64,000 nt of DNA from an uncultured Gemmatimonadaceae bacterium. Lineage in GTDB: Bacteria; Gemmatimonadota; Gemmatimonadetes; Gemmatimonadales; Gemmatimonadaceae. The notes beneath the pieces were generated by a model. That model was given only the letters and a program-made list of their open reading frames with translations. It searched no databases and was not told the origin of the DNA. The stretch is taken from positions 1,888,001 through 1,952,000 of the forward strand of contig CAVUDW010000003.1 in assembly GCA_963740355.1 (NCBI GenBank). Reading direction: 5' to 3'. The translations under genes were made by a program, and so were the position numbers. Shown piece by piece: positions 50,359 to 59,173 of this stretch; within the stretch, counting starts at the first letter, position 1; every line of letters begins with the position of its first letter.

Positions 50359-51158
50359 GGCGTCCACTTCAGCAGTGTTTCGACGAATGCGCGCAGCAGC
50401 GGCGTAACGCCCTCGGCTCGCGCATCATTCCACTGGTACGGTCGTGTTTCCTCCATGTAGGCGCGCAGGCACATCTCGAGCTGGATGGCATGAACTCCGT
50501 CCGACGGAGCACCGAAGTGGCGTGTGATGTGGCCACCCTTGAAGCGTCCGTCGAGGACGTGGCTGAACGCAGACTGTGCGGCAAAGACCGCCGCCACCGA
50601 GGCGCGCAAGCCTGGCGCACAGCTGGCCCCGTCGGCGGTGCCGACGCTCATGTGCGGAAGCTCGCCTTCGAACAACCACGGCAGCTCGCTCTTGATGCTA
50701 TGGGCGTCGAACAATACGGCGTGGCCATGCCGTGCCTTGATCGTCGCGAGTTCATCGTGCAGCGAGTCGTGGTATGGTTGCCAGTACTGCTCGATGCGTC
50801 GTGCGATCTCCATTGCGTCAGGTGCATGGCCTGCGCGATAGAGCACGTCGCCCGTGAAATGCCGAGTGGGGCAGAGTTCGGTGTTGTTCTGCCCGGGATA
50901 CATCGGCGCATTGTCACTGGAGCGATTGAGATCGATCAGGTAGCGACTGTAGCGCGGCACGATCAGCGTGGCGCCGAGATCGGCGGCGAACGCGTACAAC
51001 CGATTGAGGAACCAGTCGGTGTCTTCCACTTCGAGCGCGCGTTCCGTGTATCGGTCGCGCTGATCGGCGGGAATCTCGGTGCCGACGTGAGGGAAGCTGA
51101 TCAGGAGCGGCGCGGTTCCGCGCTGCAATGAGTACGTCGCAAATGCCGCAGTCGTCAC
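50355..51158 (-). CDS. hutG: N-formylglutamate deformylase
   Basis: LISFPH.G, DTDW, SRY.IDLNR, DAHSI, GRFKGGHITR, AIQLE. Confidence 0.95.
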   Translation of the reverse strand: MTTAAFATYSLQRGTAPLLISFPHVGTEIPADQRDRYTERALEVEDTDWFLNRLYAFAADLGATLIVPRYSRYLIDLNRSSDNAPMYPGQNNTELCPTRHFTGDVLYRAGHAPDAMEIARRIEQYWQPYHDSLHDELATIKARHGHAVLFDAHSIKSELPWLFEGELPHMSVGTADGASCAPGLRASVAAVFAAQSAFSHVLDGRFKGGHITRHFGAPSDGVHAIQLEMCLRAYMEETRPYQWNDARAEGVTPLLRAFVETLLKWTP

Positions 51159-51790
51159 TGTCGTTGTCCCGGGCCGGCAGGCGCGGTCTCGAGACGTAAC
51201 GTCTCGAGATTTTCCGCACGAGGCGTGAATTCTATCCACCAGGCGCGTACCGGCGCGGCGACGCTGCTTTCGACAAGTTGCCAGCGTTGCGCACCAGCGT
51301 CGTCGCGCCAGGCCAGTGAGTTGGCCGGCAGAATGTACGGAATGTCATCGTCAATCCGCAGGGCGGCCGGGCCAGCGGTGTAGATGCCCCGAAATCCGGC
51401 AGGCGACACCCACGACTCGACCGCATTGGCGCGCTGCATCGTACCCCGGCCACCGTCGGCACGCACCATCAGGTTCAGGTCCTGCGTCGCGTCATCCAAC
51501 AGCTCGCAGCCAGGAGCCGCTGCGCCGTCAAAGCGCAGCGGGTCGCTCTCAGCACTGAGCACGACCTCAGTGTCCTCGAACAACAGGCGGACGCCAGCCC
51601 CGTGGATCACTGTGAACCACCGCTGGATGCCGGGGAACGCACTGAACGGTCCGTGCTGCTCGATGCGGGCGACGCTGATGCGCACCAGCCAATCCACCGG
51701 CGCCGGCCAGGTAAGCAATTCCTGCGTCGAGCCGCCGCCGTTACGCCAGGGCTGCGACGGCACGTCGGCCAGTGCGACGATATGGAGCAC
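51155..51790 (-). CDS. hutD: HutD/Ves family protein
   Basis: PWRNGGG.T.E, RISVA.I...GPFS.FPG, DLNLM. Confidence 0.9.
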   Translation of the reverse strand: MLHIVALADVPSQPWRNGGGSTQELLTWPAPVDWLVRISVARIEQHGPFSAFPGIQRWFTVIHGAGVRLLFEDTEVVLSAESDPLRFDGAAAPGCELLDDATQDLNLMVRADGGRGTMQRANAVESWVSPAGFRGIYTAGPAALRIDDDIPYILPANSLAWRDDAGAQRWQLVESSVAAPVRAWWIEFTPRAENLETLRLETAPAGPGQRQ

Positions 51791-52011
51791 GATGGTTGGT
51801 GATCGGCGTGGAGCAATCGGGTCCGGCCCGGAGCTTCCCTTCCCCGCGGCGGTTCCCGCAGGCGGGATAGATACTCAGCGCACCTGAACCACGCGCCTGC
51901 GTCGCGCGACTGTAGAAGCCGACCGTGCCGTCGCGACCGACTGGCGCGCCAGGCACTGCGACGAGGGGGCGCAACGCACAATGGACCAACCGGGATTGGG
52001 CGCCGGACAGT

Positions 52012-52054
52012 CAGCCGTTTCGTTCAATCCGGGCCGCCCGAGGGAGCCTAATCT
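52012..52054 (+). promoter_or_regulatory. AraC-type box plus -10 (copy 1)
   Basis: CAGCCGTTTCGTTCAAT-N20-TAATCT upstream of the metallothionein. Confidence 0.7.
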
Positions 52055-52117
52055 GATGCTCACGACCCGCCGGACTCGCCGGACCGTCGTACTCCGATCA
52101 CCGAATCGAGGCTTGCC

Positions 52118-52402
52118 ATGACTACCCAGAAGACTACCGCCTGCACCTGCGAAAACTGCTCCTGCGATAACTGCACCTGCGGCACCGAGACCCATTCCTG
52201 CATTGGCGCGTCCGCCGCGTCGTGCCTCTGCGGCGGAGACTGCTCGTGCGGGGATGCCTGCGCGTGCGAAGACTGCACCTGCGAGAAGGCCGCCATTGGC
52301 GACGCGGGTGCAGGCGGTGCTGCGTGCACCTGCGGTGCCGACTGCGCCTGCGGCGAGAGCTGCAGCTGCATGGCCTGCGCGGGCGCCGCTGCCGTTGGCT
52401 GA
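52118..52402 (+). CDS. metallothionein-like Cys-rich protein
   Basis: 94 aa, 22 Cys, ten CxC motifs in three clusters, no F/W/Y; GAGG RBS, upstream promoter motif, downstream terminator. Confidence 0.85.
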   Translation: MTTQKTTACTCENCSCDNCTCGTETHSCIGASAASCLCGGDCSCGDACACEDCTCEKAAIGDAGAGGAACTCGADCACGESCSCMACAGAAAVG

Positions 52403-52458
52403 GCGAGGATCTTCCGCCGCACGGTACGCGGCCTGCACGTGTGGTTCGAGGTGTGGTT

Positions 52459-52500
52459 CGAGGTGTGGCGCGACGATCCGAGTCGGGCCACACCTCGTTT
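52459..52500 (+). terminator. intrinsic terminator-like hairpin
   Basis: CGAGGTGTGGC...GCCACACCTCG stem followed by a short TTT. Confidence 0.55.
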
Positions 52501-52562
52501 CGGGCATCACTGCACTCCGCTCGCCGGCCTTGCTACACTGTGGGCAAGACTCGGGAGGCCAT

Positions 52563-53399
52563 ATGAGTGACGTGGTTGGCGCCGGTGACTTCATTCCGTG
52601 GGAAGGGGGCTGCGCGCTCATCGGGCGGGCGGCGAGCGTCACGCCGATGCATTCCCACTACGCAATCCAGATCGGCGTCGGAGCCGAACCTGGCATTCGG
52701 TTTCGTGACGACGAACGCGTCGAGTGGACGGAATATCCCGCCGCGATCATTCCGTCGCGCCAACCGCACATGATGGACGCGACCTGCGTCTCGTGCAGCG
52801 CCGTGATCTTCATCGAGCCGGAAACACCAGCGGGCCACGCCCTGATCGAGCGATATCTGGCAGGCGGCATCGCGTCGATCGAGAGCGCGCCGTTCACCGC
52901 GGCATCGACGCAGCTGTTCACCGTCTGGCGCCGACACGGCAACGCCCCGGCGACGGTGACGGCATTGCAGCACGCCATCAACGCCCTCACGGACGGCGCG
53001 CAGGCTCGTGTCGTCTCCGATGAGCGCATCCTCCGTGCAGTGGCGTACATCAAGAGTCATCTCGACGCACCGCTGACGCTGGAACAGGTCGCCAATGAGG
53101 CATGTCTGTCGCCCAGTCGATTCCGCCACCTCTTCGTCGAGCAGACTGGCACGGCGCTGCGTCCGTATGTGCTCTGGCGGCGATTCCTGCGCGCGTGGGA
53201 GATCGTGATGCGTGGCGACTCGCTCTCGACCGCCGCGCACGCCGCCGGCTTCGCAGACGCAGCACACCTCACCAGGACATCGCATCGCATGTTTGGATTT
53301 CCCCCCTCGGCGCTGCAGATCAACGCTCGCCGCGACAGTGCAGGGTTCGCCGCAACCGCCGCCGATCGTCCAACAGTGTCCTCCGGGAGGGAGGCGTGA
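52563..53399 (+). CDS. AraC family transcriptional regulator
   Basis: MHSHYAIQI cupin-like N-terminus; LSPSRFRHLF..QTG, GFADAAHLTR. Confidence 0.93.
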   Translation: MSDVVGAGDFIPWEGGCALIGRAASVTPMHSHYAIQIGVGAEPGIRFRDDERVEWTEYPAAIIPSRQPHMMDATCVSCSAVIFIEPETPAGHALIERYLAGGIASIESAPFTAASTQLFTVWRRHGNAPATVTALQHAINALTDGAQARVVSDERILRAVAYIKSHLDAPLTLEQVANEACLSPSRFRHLFVEQTGTALRPYVLWRRFLRAWEIVMRGDSLSTAAHAAGFADAAHLTRTSHRMFGFPPSALQINARRDSAGFAATAADRPTVSSGREA

Positions 53400-54100
53400 G
53401 TGCGCCAGGCACGCCGAGCACATTCTCGGTCGGGATGGTGCTGTTCGACGGTGTCACACAGCTCGACCTCACCGGCCCGTACGAAGTGCTTTCCCGGATG
53501 CCCGGCACCCGTGTGCATCTGATCGCCGCGAGCCTCTCGCCCGTGCGGACGGAGTGGGGCATGCGCATCACGCCGGACACGACATTCGAGGACGCGCCGC
53601 CGCTCGACCTGCTCTGCGTGCCTGGTGGGTGGGGGGTCGATGCCTGTCTCGATGACCCTGTGATTCTCGAGTTCGTGCGGACCCGCGCAGCCACGGCGTC
53701 GTATGTCACCTCGGTCTGTAGCGGCGCGCTGATCCTTGGTGCGGCGGGCCTGTTGAAGGGCTACCGCGCTACGACGCACTGGATGTCACTCGACCTGCTG
53801 CCGTATTTCGGCGCGGAGCCGGTGCGGGAGCGCGTCGTGCGTGACAGAAATCGGATCACTGGTGGCGGAGTCACTGCAGGGATCGATTTTGCGCTCGTCG
53901 TGGCGTCGGAGCTATTCGGAACTGCCGCGGCGCAGCGAATTCAACTCGCGATCGAGTACGTCCCGGATCCACCGTTTCAGAGTGGGTCGCCGAGCAGCGC
54001 GCCGGCCGAGATCGTGCACGCGCTGACGGCCGCCAGTGCGGTGAAGCTCGAGCAGCGTCGCCAAACCGTGGTGAAGGCAGCGTCGCGGCTGTCAGCGTGA
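53396..54100 (+). CDS. DJ-1/PfpI family protein, isonitrile hydratase-like
   Basis: TQLDLTGP.EV, VPGG, SVCSGAL, ATTHW, GGGVTAGID, QL.IEY.P.PPF.SG. Confidence 0.88.
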   Translation: MSAPGTPSTFSVGMVLFDGVTQLDLTGPYEVLSRMPGTRVHLIAASLSPVRTEWGMRITPDTTFEDAPPLDLLCVPGGWGVDACLDDPVILEFVRTRAATASYVTSVCSGALILGAAGLLKGYRATTHWMSLDLLPYFGAEPVRERVVRDRNRITGGGVTAGIDFALVVASELFGTAAAQRIQLAIEYVPDPPFQSGSPSSAPAEIVHALTAASAVKLEQRRQTVVKAASRLSA

Positions 54101-54148
54101 CGCCGTCGGACGCAGCGGAGGCTGGGCGTTCGTAGCCAGGGGAAATCA

Positions 54149-54191
54149 CAGCCGATTCGTTCAAGCCATGACAGGTCGACTTGGGCATTCT
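54149..54191 (+). promoter_or_regulatory. AraC-type box plus -10 (copy 2)
   Basis: CAGCCGATTCGTTCAAG-N20-CATTCT. Confidence 0.7.
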
Positions 54192-54250
54192 GAATCTCGT
54201 GGACGCAACAGTTGCCGCCACGCATTCAGTCTCACCCTCTCTGCTGCGTC

Positions 54251-55360
54251 ATGCGCATCCCAAATTATTTCGAACGAGGCCCGGCACGCGTCGAACGACT
54301 TGAAACGGTCGTCATCGGCGCTGGACAGGCAGGCCTGGCCGTCGGCCATCAGCTCGCGATGCAGGATGTCGATGCCCTCGTCCTGAGCGACGAGATTCGA
54401 CTGGGCGACAATTGGCGGCGACGCTGGGGCTCGCTTCGCCTTCAGACGCCGGCACGATACAGCGGCCTGCCGGGCATGCCATTTCCGGCGCCTCCAGACC
54501 ACCTCGCCGACAAGGACGAAGTCGGCGACTATCTCGAGCAGTATGCCGCGCGGCTCGAGATTCCGACTCGACTGAACACGCGGGTGCAGAACCTCTCCGC
54601 CACCAGCACCGGGTTTCGTGTGCTTGCGAACGACGGTGCCACCGCCTTCGACTGCGAGAACGTCGTCGTTGCGACAGGCCCGTTTCAGAAGCCCCGCATC
54701 CCGGCAGTGGCTGCGCGACTGGCGACGACGATTCACCAGTTGCACTCGAGTCAGTACACCAATCCGTTCGACCTTCCTGATGGTCCCGTCCTGGTCGTCG
54801 GCGCCGGCAACTCGGGTGCGCAGATCGCGCTCGAGCTCGCGCGTTATCGCAAGGTCTGGCTCGCCGGCCCCAATACCGGGCATCTGCCACGCCGACTCCT
54901 TGGGCGGGACATCTTCGACTGGATCTGGCCGGCGATGCACTTCGCACACCTCGATCGGCGTCTGGGTCGCCTGACCAAGGCCAGGGTGCAGCAGGGTGGC
55001 GACTCACTGATCGGCCTCGCAGAGCAGCGTCTCGCTCAGTCAGGCGTCACTCGTGTCGATCGGCTGCACGACGAACGAGGTGGCATGCCACTCTGCGGCG
55101 CGGCTGTCGTTGCTCCGCGCGTCATCATCTGGTGCACCGGCTTCGACTACGACTATTCCTGGATCGACCTCCCGGCGTTCGAAGCCGATGGGACACCGCA
55201 ACATCGTCGCGGTGTCTCGACGACCGTGCCTGGGCTCTACTTCATCGGCCTGCGATTCCAGCATCGCATGAGTTCATCGCTGATCGGCGGCGTTGGCGCA
55301 GATGCCGAGTTCATCGCCGACGCAGTGGTACGGCGGTCACATGCGAGGCTCAGGGAATGA
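54251..55360 (+). CDS. flavin-containing monooxygenase (CzcO/ArsO-like)
   Basis: VIGAGQAGL, W.SLRL.TP, VATG, LHSS.Y, VVGAGNSG, WCTGF. Confidence 0.88.
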   Translation: MRIPNYFERGPARVERLETVVIGAGQAGLAVGHQLAMQDVDALVLSDEIRLGDNWRRRWGSLRLQTPARYSGLPGMPFPAPPDHLADKDEVGDYLEQYAARLEIPTRLNTRVQNLSATSTGFRVLANDGATAFDCENVVVATGPFQKPRIPAVAARLATTIHQLHSSQYTNPFDLPDGPVLVVGAGNSGAQIALELARYRKVWLAGPNTGHLPRRLLGRDIFDWIWPAMHFAHLDRRLGRLTKARVQQGGDSLIGLAEQRLAQSGVTRVDRLHDERGGMPLCGAAVVAPRVIIWCTGFDYDYSWIDLPAFEADGTPQHRRGVSTTVPGLYFIGLRFQHRMSSSLIGGVGADAEFIADAVVRRSHARLRE

Positions 55361-55425
55361 CGTGGGGCTCAGCGCCGCAGGCCGTGGGGCACACGATTCT
55401 CCATGGGCCATGCCTCCGAACATTC

Positions 55426-55489
55426 CAGCCGCTACGTACAACAGCCTAGCCGGATTATTCAAGACCAGAATCGCCAGCGCCGGTAGCCT
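55426..55489 (+). promoter_or_regulatory. tandem AraC-type boxes plus -10 (copy 3)
   Basis: CAGCCGCTACGTACAAC (55426) and TAGCCGGATTATTCAAG (55447), 21 bp apart, then N20-TAGCCT. Confidence 0.7.
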
Positions 55490-55490
55490 G

Positions 55491-55518
55491 AAGCCACGTC
55501 CACTGGGCGTGGCTTTTT
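55491..55518 (+). terminator. intrinsic terminator
   Basis: AAGCCACGTCC-ACT-GGGCGTGGCTT then TTT. Confidence 0.7.
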
Positions 55519-55549
55519 GCCTTTCCATCCAACCTGTCGCGAGGCTTCC

Positions 55550-56005
55550 ATGACATCCCGCACCAATCCCCGACTGACGCTCGGCCGCTTCTCAACCATC
55601 GCGGCCACCCTTGCGGCGCTCAGCCTGCTCACCGGCTGCATGCTGTTCGCGCATGCCCCCAGTGATCTCGACTATTCGCGGACTCGCGCGAGTGGCGCCG
55701 GACTCTATGTCGCGACGATTCATCCGCAGGGCGATTCCATCCCGAAGGGCAAGCTGCAGCGCTGGACACTGCATCTCGCGACGGCGGCTGGTACGTCGGT
55801 GGATAGCGCGACGCTCAGCGTTGACGGCGGCATGCCGCAGCACGGCCATGGCCTGCCGACCAAGCCACGCGTCACCCGAGCGCTCGGCAATGGCGACCAT
55901 CTGGTCGAAGGCCTGAAGTTCAACATGGGTGGTTGGTGGGTCGTGAAGTTCCGCATCAACAGCGCGCAGGGGTCCGATTCAGTCGTCTTCAACCTGAAGC
56001 TCTGA
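55550..56005 (+). CDS. YtkA/FixH-like lipoprotein
   Basis: Lipobox LTGC; GGMPQHGHGLP; FNMGGWW. Confidence 0.85.
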   Translation: MTSRTNPRLTLGRFSTIAATLAALSLLTGCMLFAHAPSDLDYSRTRASGAGLYVATIHPQGDSIPKGKLQRWTLHLATAAGTSVDSATLSVDGGMPQHGHGLPTKPRVTRALGNGDHLVEGLKFNMGGWWVVKFRINSAQGSDSVVFNLKL

Positions 56006-56008
56006 CCC

Positions 56009-57283
56009 ATGCGCACCAACTTCGCAGTGGCCACACGGCTCACCGCCGGGACGCTCGGCATCATCCTCGTGTCGTGCGCGTGGGCGAGGATGACGCCGCG
56101 CTGGTCCGCAGAAGAACGAGCGACGCTCCTGTCGCTCTCTCTCGAAAGTCTGGAGCCGCTGCAACCCGATCCCTCCAATCGGTATGGCGACGACAAGAAC
56201 GCCGCGCTGCTGGGGCGGCGGCTGTTCTTCGACACGCGGCTCAGCGGCAACGGTAAGGTCTCATGCGCCACCTGTCACATTGCGGCGCAAGACTTCCAGG
56301 ATGGCACGGCGCTCGCGAAAGGTGTCGGGACGACGACTCGACGCACGATGCCGATCGCCGCGACGTCGCACAACGCGTGGCTGTTCTGGGATGGACGCGC
56401 TGACAGTCAGTGGGCACAGGCACTCGGGCCGCCGGAGAGCGCAGCGGAGCACGGCGGCAATCGCACGCAGTATGCCCACGTCGTGGCCGAACAGTACCGT
56501 GACGCGTATGAGGCAGTGTTCGGGAAGCTGCCGAATCTTTCCGGGCTTCCGCGCAATGCTGGCCCGGTGTCGGACTCCGCCTGGCGCGGCGCGTGGCAGC
56601 GCATCGATGCTGTCCGGCGTGAGGATATCACGCGAGTCTATGCAAACCTCGGCAAGGCGATCGCAGCCTATGAGCGTCAGATCACCTATGCGCCGTCGCG
56701 CTTCGATCGCTACGTCAGCGCTGAATTGGCAGGCCAGGTGCACTCACCGGCGAGTGCGTTTTCGTCCGACGAGGTGGCGGGGCTGAAGCTGTTCATCGGC
56801 AAGGGCAACTGCGTCAACTGCCACAATGGCGCGTTGCTGAGCGACGACCACTTCCACAACACAGGCGTCGCTGTCTCGAGTGCGGTGGCCGCATCCGACA
56901 GTGGCCGCGCAACAGGCGCGCGCCAGGTCGTGGCGTCCGAGTTCAATTGCACGAGTCGCTACAGCGATGCGAAGCCTGAGGATTGCGCGGAACTACGATT
57001 CGCCGTGACGGAGGGCGAAGAGCTGGTTCGCGCCTTCAAGACGCCGTCGCTGCGGAACGTGGCCAATCGTGCGCCGTACATGCACGCCGGTCAGATCACG
57101 ACACTCGACGACGTCGTGGCCCACTACAACGCTGCGGCACAGGCGCCGTTCGGTCACAGCGAGCTGAAGCCACTGCGGCTGTCTCGTGGCGAGCAACGCC
57201 AACTGGTCGCGTTTCTGCGCACACTGAGTGGGCCGTTGGCCGCGCCACCTGGCTTTCTCGAGCCACCGCCCGCGCACCGCTGA
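56009..57283 (+). CDS. di-heme cytochrome c peroxidase / MauG family protein
   Basis: GRRLFFD, CATCH, FWDGR, CVNCH, FKTPSLRN, APYMHAG. Confidence 0.93.
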   Translation: MRTNFAVATRLTAGTLGIILVSCAWARMTPRWSAEERATLLSLSLESLEPLQPDPSNRYGDDKNAALLGRRLFFDTRLSGNGKVSCATCHIAAQDFQDGTALAKGVGTTTRRTMPIAATSHNAWLFWDGRADSQWAQALGPPESAAEHGGNRTQYAHVVAEQYRDAYEAVFGKLPNLSGLPRNAGPVSDSAWRGAWQRIDAVRREDITRVYANLGKAIAAYERQITYAPSRFDRYVSAELAGQVHSPASAFSSDEVAGLKLFIGKGNCVNCHNGALLSDDHFHNTGVAVSSAVAASDSGRATGARQVVASEFNCTSRYSDAKPEDCAELRFAVTEGEELVRAFKTPSLRNVANRAPYMHAGQITTLDDVVAHYNAAAQAPFGHSELKPLRLSRGEQRQLVAFLRTLSGPLAAPPGFLEPPPAHR

Positions 57284-57367
57284 CCGCGAGTGGCGGGTTC
57301 GCGGCCAATCTGCACATAACGAACGGCACACACACGCACGCACACACCAATACCCTCGAGGCCCACC

Positions 57368-58024
57368 ATGCCGATTGCAATGCGCCACCGTGATGATCCG
57401 ACGCCCGCCCTGCCTCCGCTCTCTGGCTTCGCCGTCGAGCGCGAGTTCGACGCTGAACGCATGGCGGCGTTGCAAGGCAGAAGCACCGACGAAATGCTCC
57501 GCCGCTTCGATGCAGGTCACCGCGCGTACGTGGCATCTCTGCACGGCGACGCGGCGGCGTGGGGCTGGGTCGCGACGACGCACGCCACCATCGGCGAGCT
57601 CCAGTCCACGTTTCATATCGCCAGCGACGAGCGATATCTGTGGAACTTCGTGACCCTGTCATCACATCGAGGGTTGGGCATCTATCCGCGGCTGCTGCAG
57701 GCCATCGTGCGCGCCGAATCCGTCGAAGCCACACGATTCTGGATCGCGTACGCGCCAGAGAACCGCGCGTCTGGCACCGGTATCGCCAAGGCAGGGTTTG
57801 CGACGCTGGCCGAGATGTCGTTTGATGCGTCTGAGCGGCCCTCGCTTCGCGACCTGGTGCCGGGTGGGGCGCTGCTGGCGTCACGCCTGCTCGGCTTGCC
57901 CGCGACGGCCGAGCCGCTTGCTCCATGTTGGCGCTGCGTGAAGGCTGGGCGCAGCGGTATGACGTGCGCGGCAGGCAGCTGTCAGTGCGACTACCAGCAG
58001 CCCAGGAGTGGCTGCGCCGCTTGA
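57368..58024 (+). CDS. GNAT family acetyltransferase with Cys-rich C-terminal tail
   Basis: YLWNFVT..HRGLGIY, EN.AS..GI.KAGF; tail CWRC..C...CQC...C. Confidence 0.85.
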   Translation: MPIAMRHRDDPTPALPPLSGFAVEREFDAERMAALQGRSTDEMLRRFDAGHRAYVASLHGDAAAWGWVATTHATIGELQSTFHIASDERYLWNFVTLSSHRGLGIYPRLLQAIVRAESVEATRFWIAYAPENRASGTGIAKAGFATLAEMSFDASERPSLRDLVPGGALLASRLLGLPATAEPLAPCWRCVKAGRSGMTCAAGSCQCDYQQPRSGCAA

Positions 58025-58150
58025 ATGCGGTATCGACGGCGGAGCGATGCGGCGCTAGAGAAGCGCGCTACTATAAGAGTGAGGCCGAGGCGGGATGTTC
58101 TCCGCATCGGCCTCACTCTTTGTCTGGGGCAAGGAAACGTGTGGCGACGT

Positions 58151-59173
58151 TCACTCGTGCGGCCTGGCACGAAGTGTTTCGACGACCGTCCGGACCGCGC
58201 GGATGACCACGTCTGGCCGATCGAACTGGATGTAGTGGGAACTGTGCTGCACGTACTCGTGCCGACCAGCGCGAGACATCGAGGCCAGATCGTGGTGCAA
58301 ACGATGTTGTACCTCCTGAACTCGCCGTCCCTGCGCGTCGGTCAGCCCCATCTGCTTCAAGCTCGACGATGCGTGTTCGTCTTCGGCGCTGAGGACAACC
58401 AGTGGCCGACCACCGAACTGCTCGAGCGCGCGAGCGTTTTCCAGTGTGCGCGGAATCGCGTCCGCCTCGCTGGCTGCCGCGGCAAGCGACGTTGGCAAGA
58501 AGGCCGCGGACGGAGCGTTCGCCTGCATCGGCCAGGAGGAGGGATTCTGCTGCGGAAGCAGGCGCAAGAGGCCAGTCCACGACACCGCTCCCGCAACGCG
58601 CACGCTACCGCTCGAAGGAAGCAGCGACCGACCTGAGACCTTCTCGAACTCGGCGAATTGATCGGGGTGTGATGGATCCACCAGGACGAGTCCGGCCACC
58701 TCTGTCGGGTAGTCGGCGGCGAATCGCATGGCGTAGGCAGCGCCGATCGAATGGCCCACCACGACAAACGGAGTCACCTCTCCCGCACCGAGGAGCGCTG
58801 TGTGGAGGTCCCGCCCAACGTCACGACTATCAAAGGTGCGACTGGTCGGATCGCTCCACATGATGCCTGCGCGACTGTAGGCGCAGACGCGCGTGGTGCG
58901 GGCGATCGAGTCGTGCACCGAGACCCAGCTCAGCGACCCGAGAATATCCAATCCTGACTCGAGGACGACGGTCGGCGACCCCGTGCCTCGGCAATCGATC
59001 TGAATGCGGCGGTCACCATCGATGCGCACCAGCTTTCCTGCCACGGGATACGCGTCGTTCGCCCGGTAACGGGCCACGCGCTCCGACGCGAGGCCCGCCA
59101 CGGTGACGAGAACCAGAAGCGACAGTACGCTTTGGCCGTAACGCCTGAGCGTACTCGTGCGCCGGCCCCTCAC
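58151..59173 (-). CDS. alpha/beta hydrolase
   Basis: C.G.GSPTVVLESG, YSRAG, GHSIG, SSHYIQ; GTGA overlap with OMP gene. Confidence 0.88.
   Translation of the reverse strand: MRGRRTSTLRRYGQSVLSLLVLVTVAGLASERVARYRANDAYPVAGKLVRIDGDRRIQIDCRGTGSPTVVLESGLDILGSLSWVSVHDSIARTTRVCAYSRAGIMWSDPTSRTFDSRDVGRDLHTALLGAGEVTPFVVVGHSIGAAYAMRFAADYPTEVAGLVLVDPSHPDQFAEFEKVSGRSLLPSSGSVRVAGAVSWTGLLRLLPQQNPSSWPMQANAPSAAFLPTSLAAAASEADAIPRTLENARALEQFGGRPLVVLSAEDEHASSSLKQMGLTDAQGRRVQEVQHRLHHDLASMSRAGRHEYVQHSSHYIQFDRPDVVIRAVRTVVETLRARPHE

Noticed and set aside
52029..52117. Metal or fluoride riboswitch in the metallothionein leader
   Set aside because: Only a short ACGAC/GTCGT stem is present; NiCo and fluoride consensus features are not matched.
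52439..52468. GTGTGGTTCGAG tandem repeat as a tRNA remnant or att site
   Set aside because: It contains GGTTCGA but no cloverleaf can be formed; better explained as a duplicated arm of the adjacent hairpin.
57300..57360. Fifth AraC box before the GNAT gene, and a CA-rich tract
   Set aside because: CGGCCAATCTGCACATA is a poor match and has no YAnnnT at the 20-nt spacing; the CA tract is short and imperfect.
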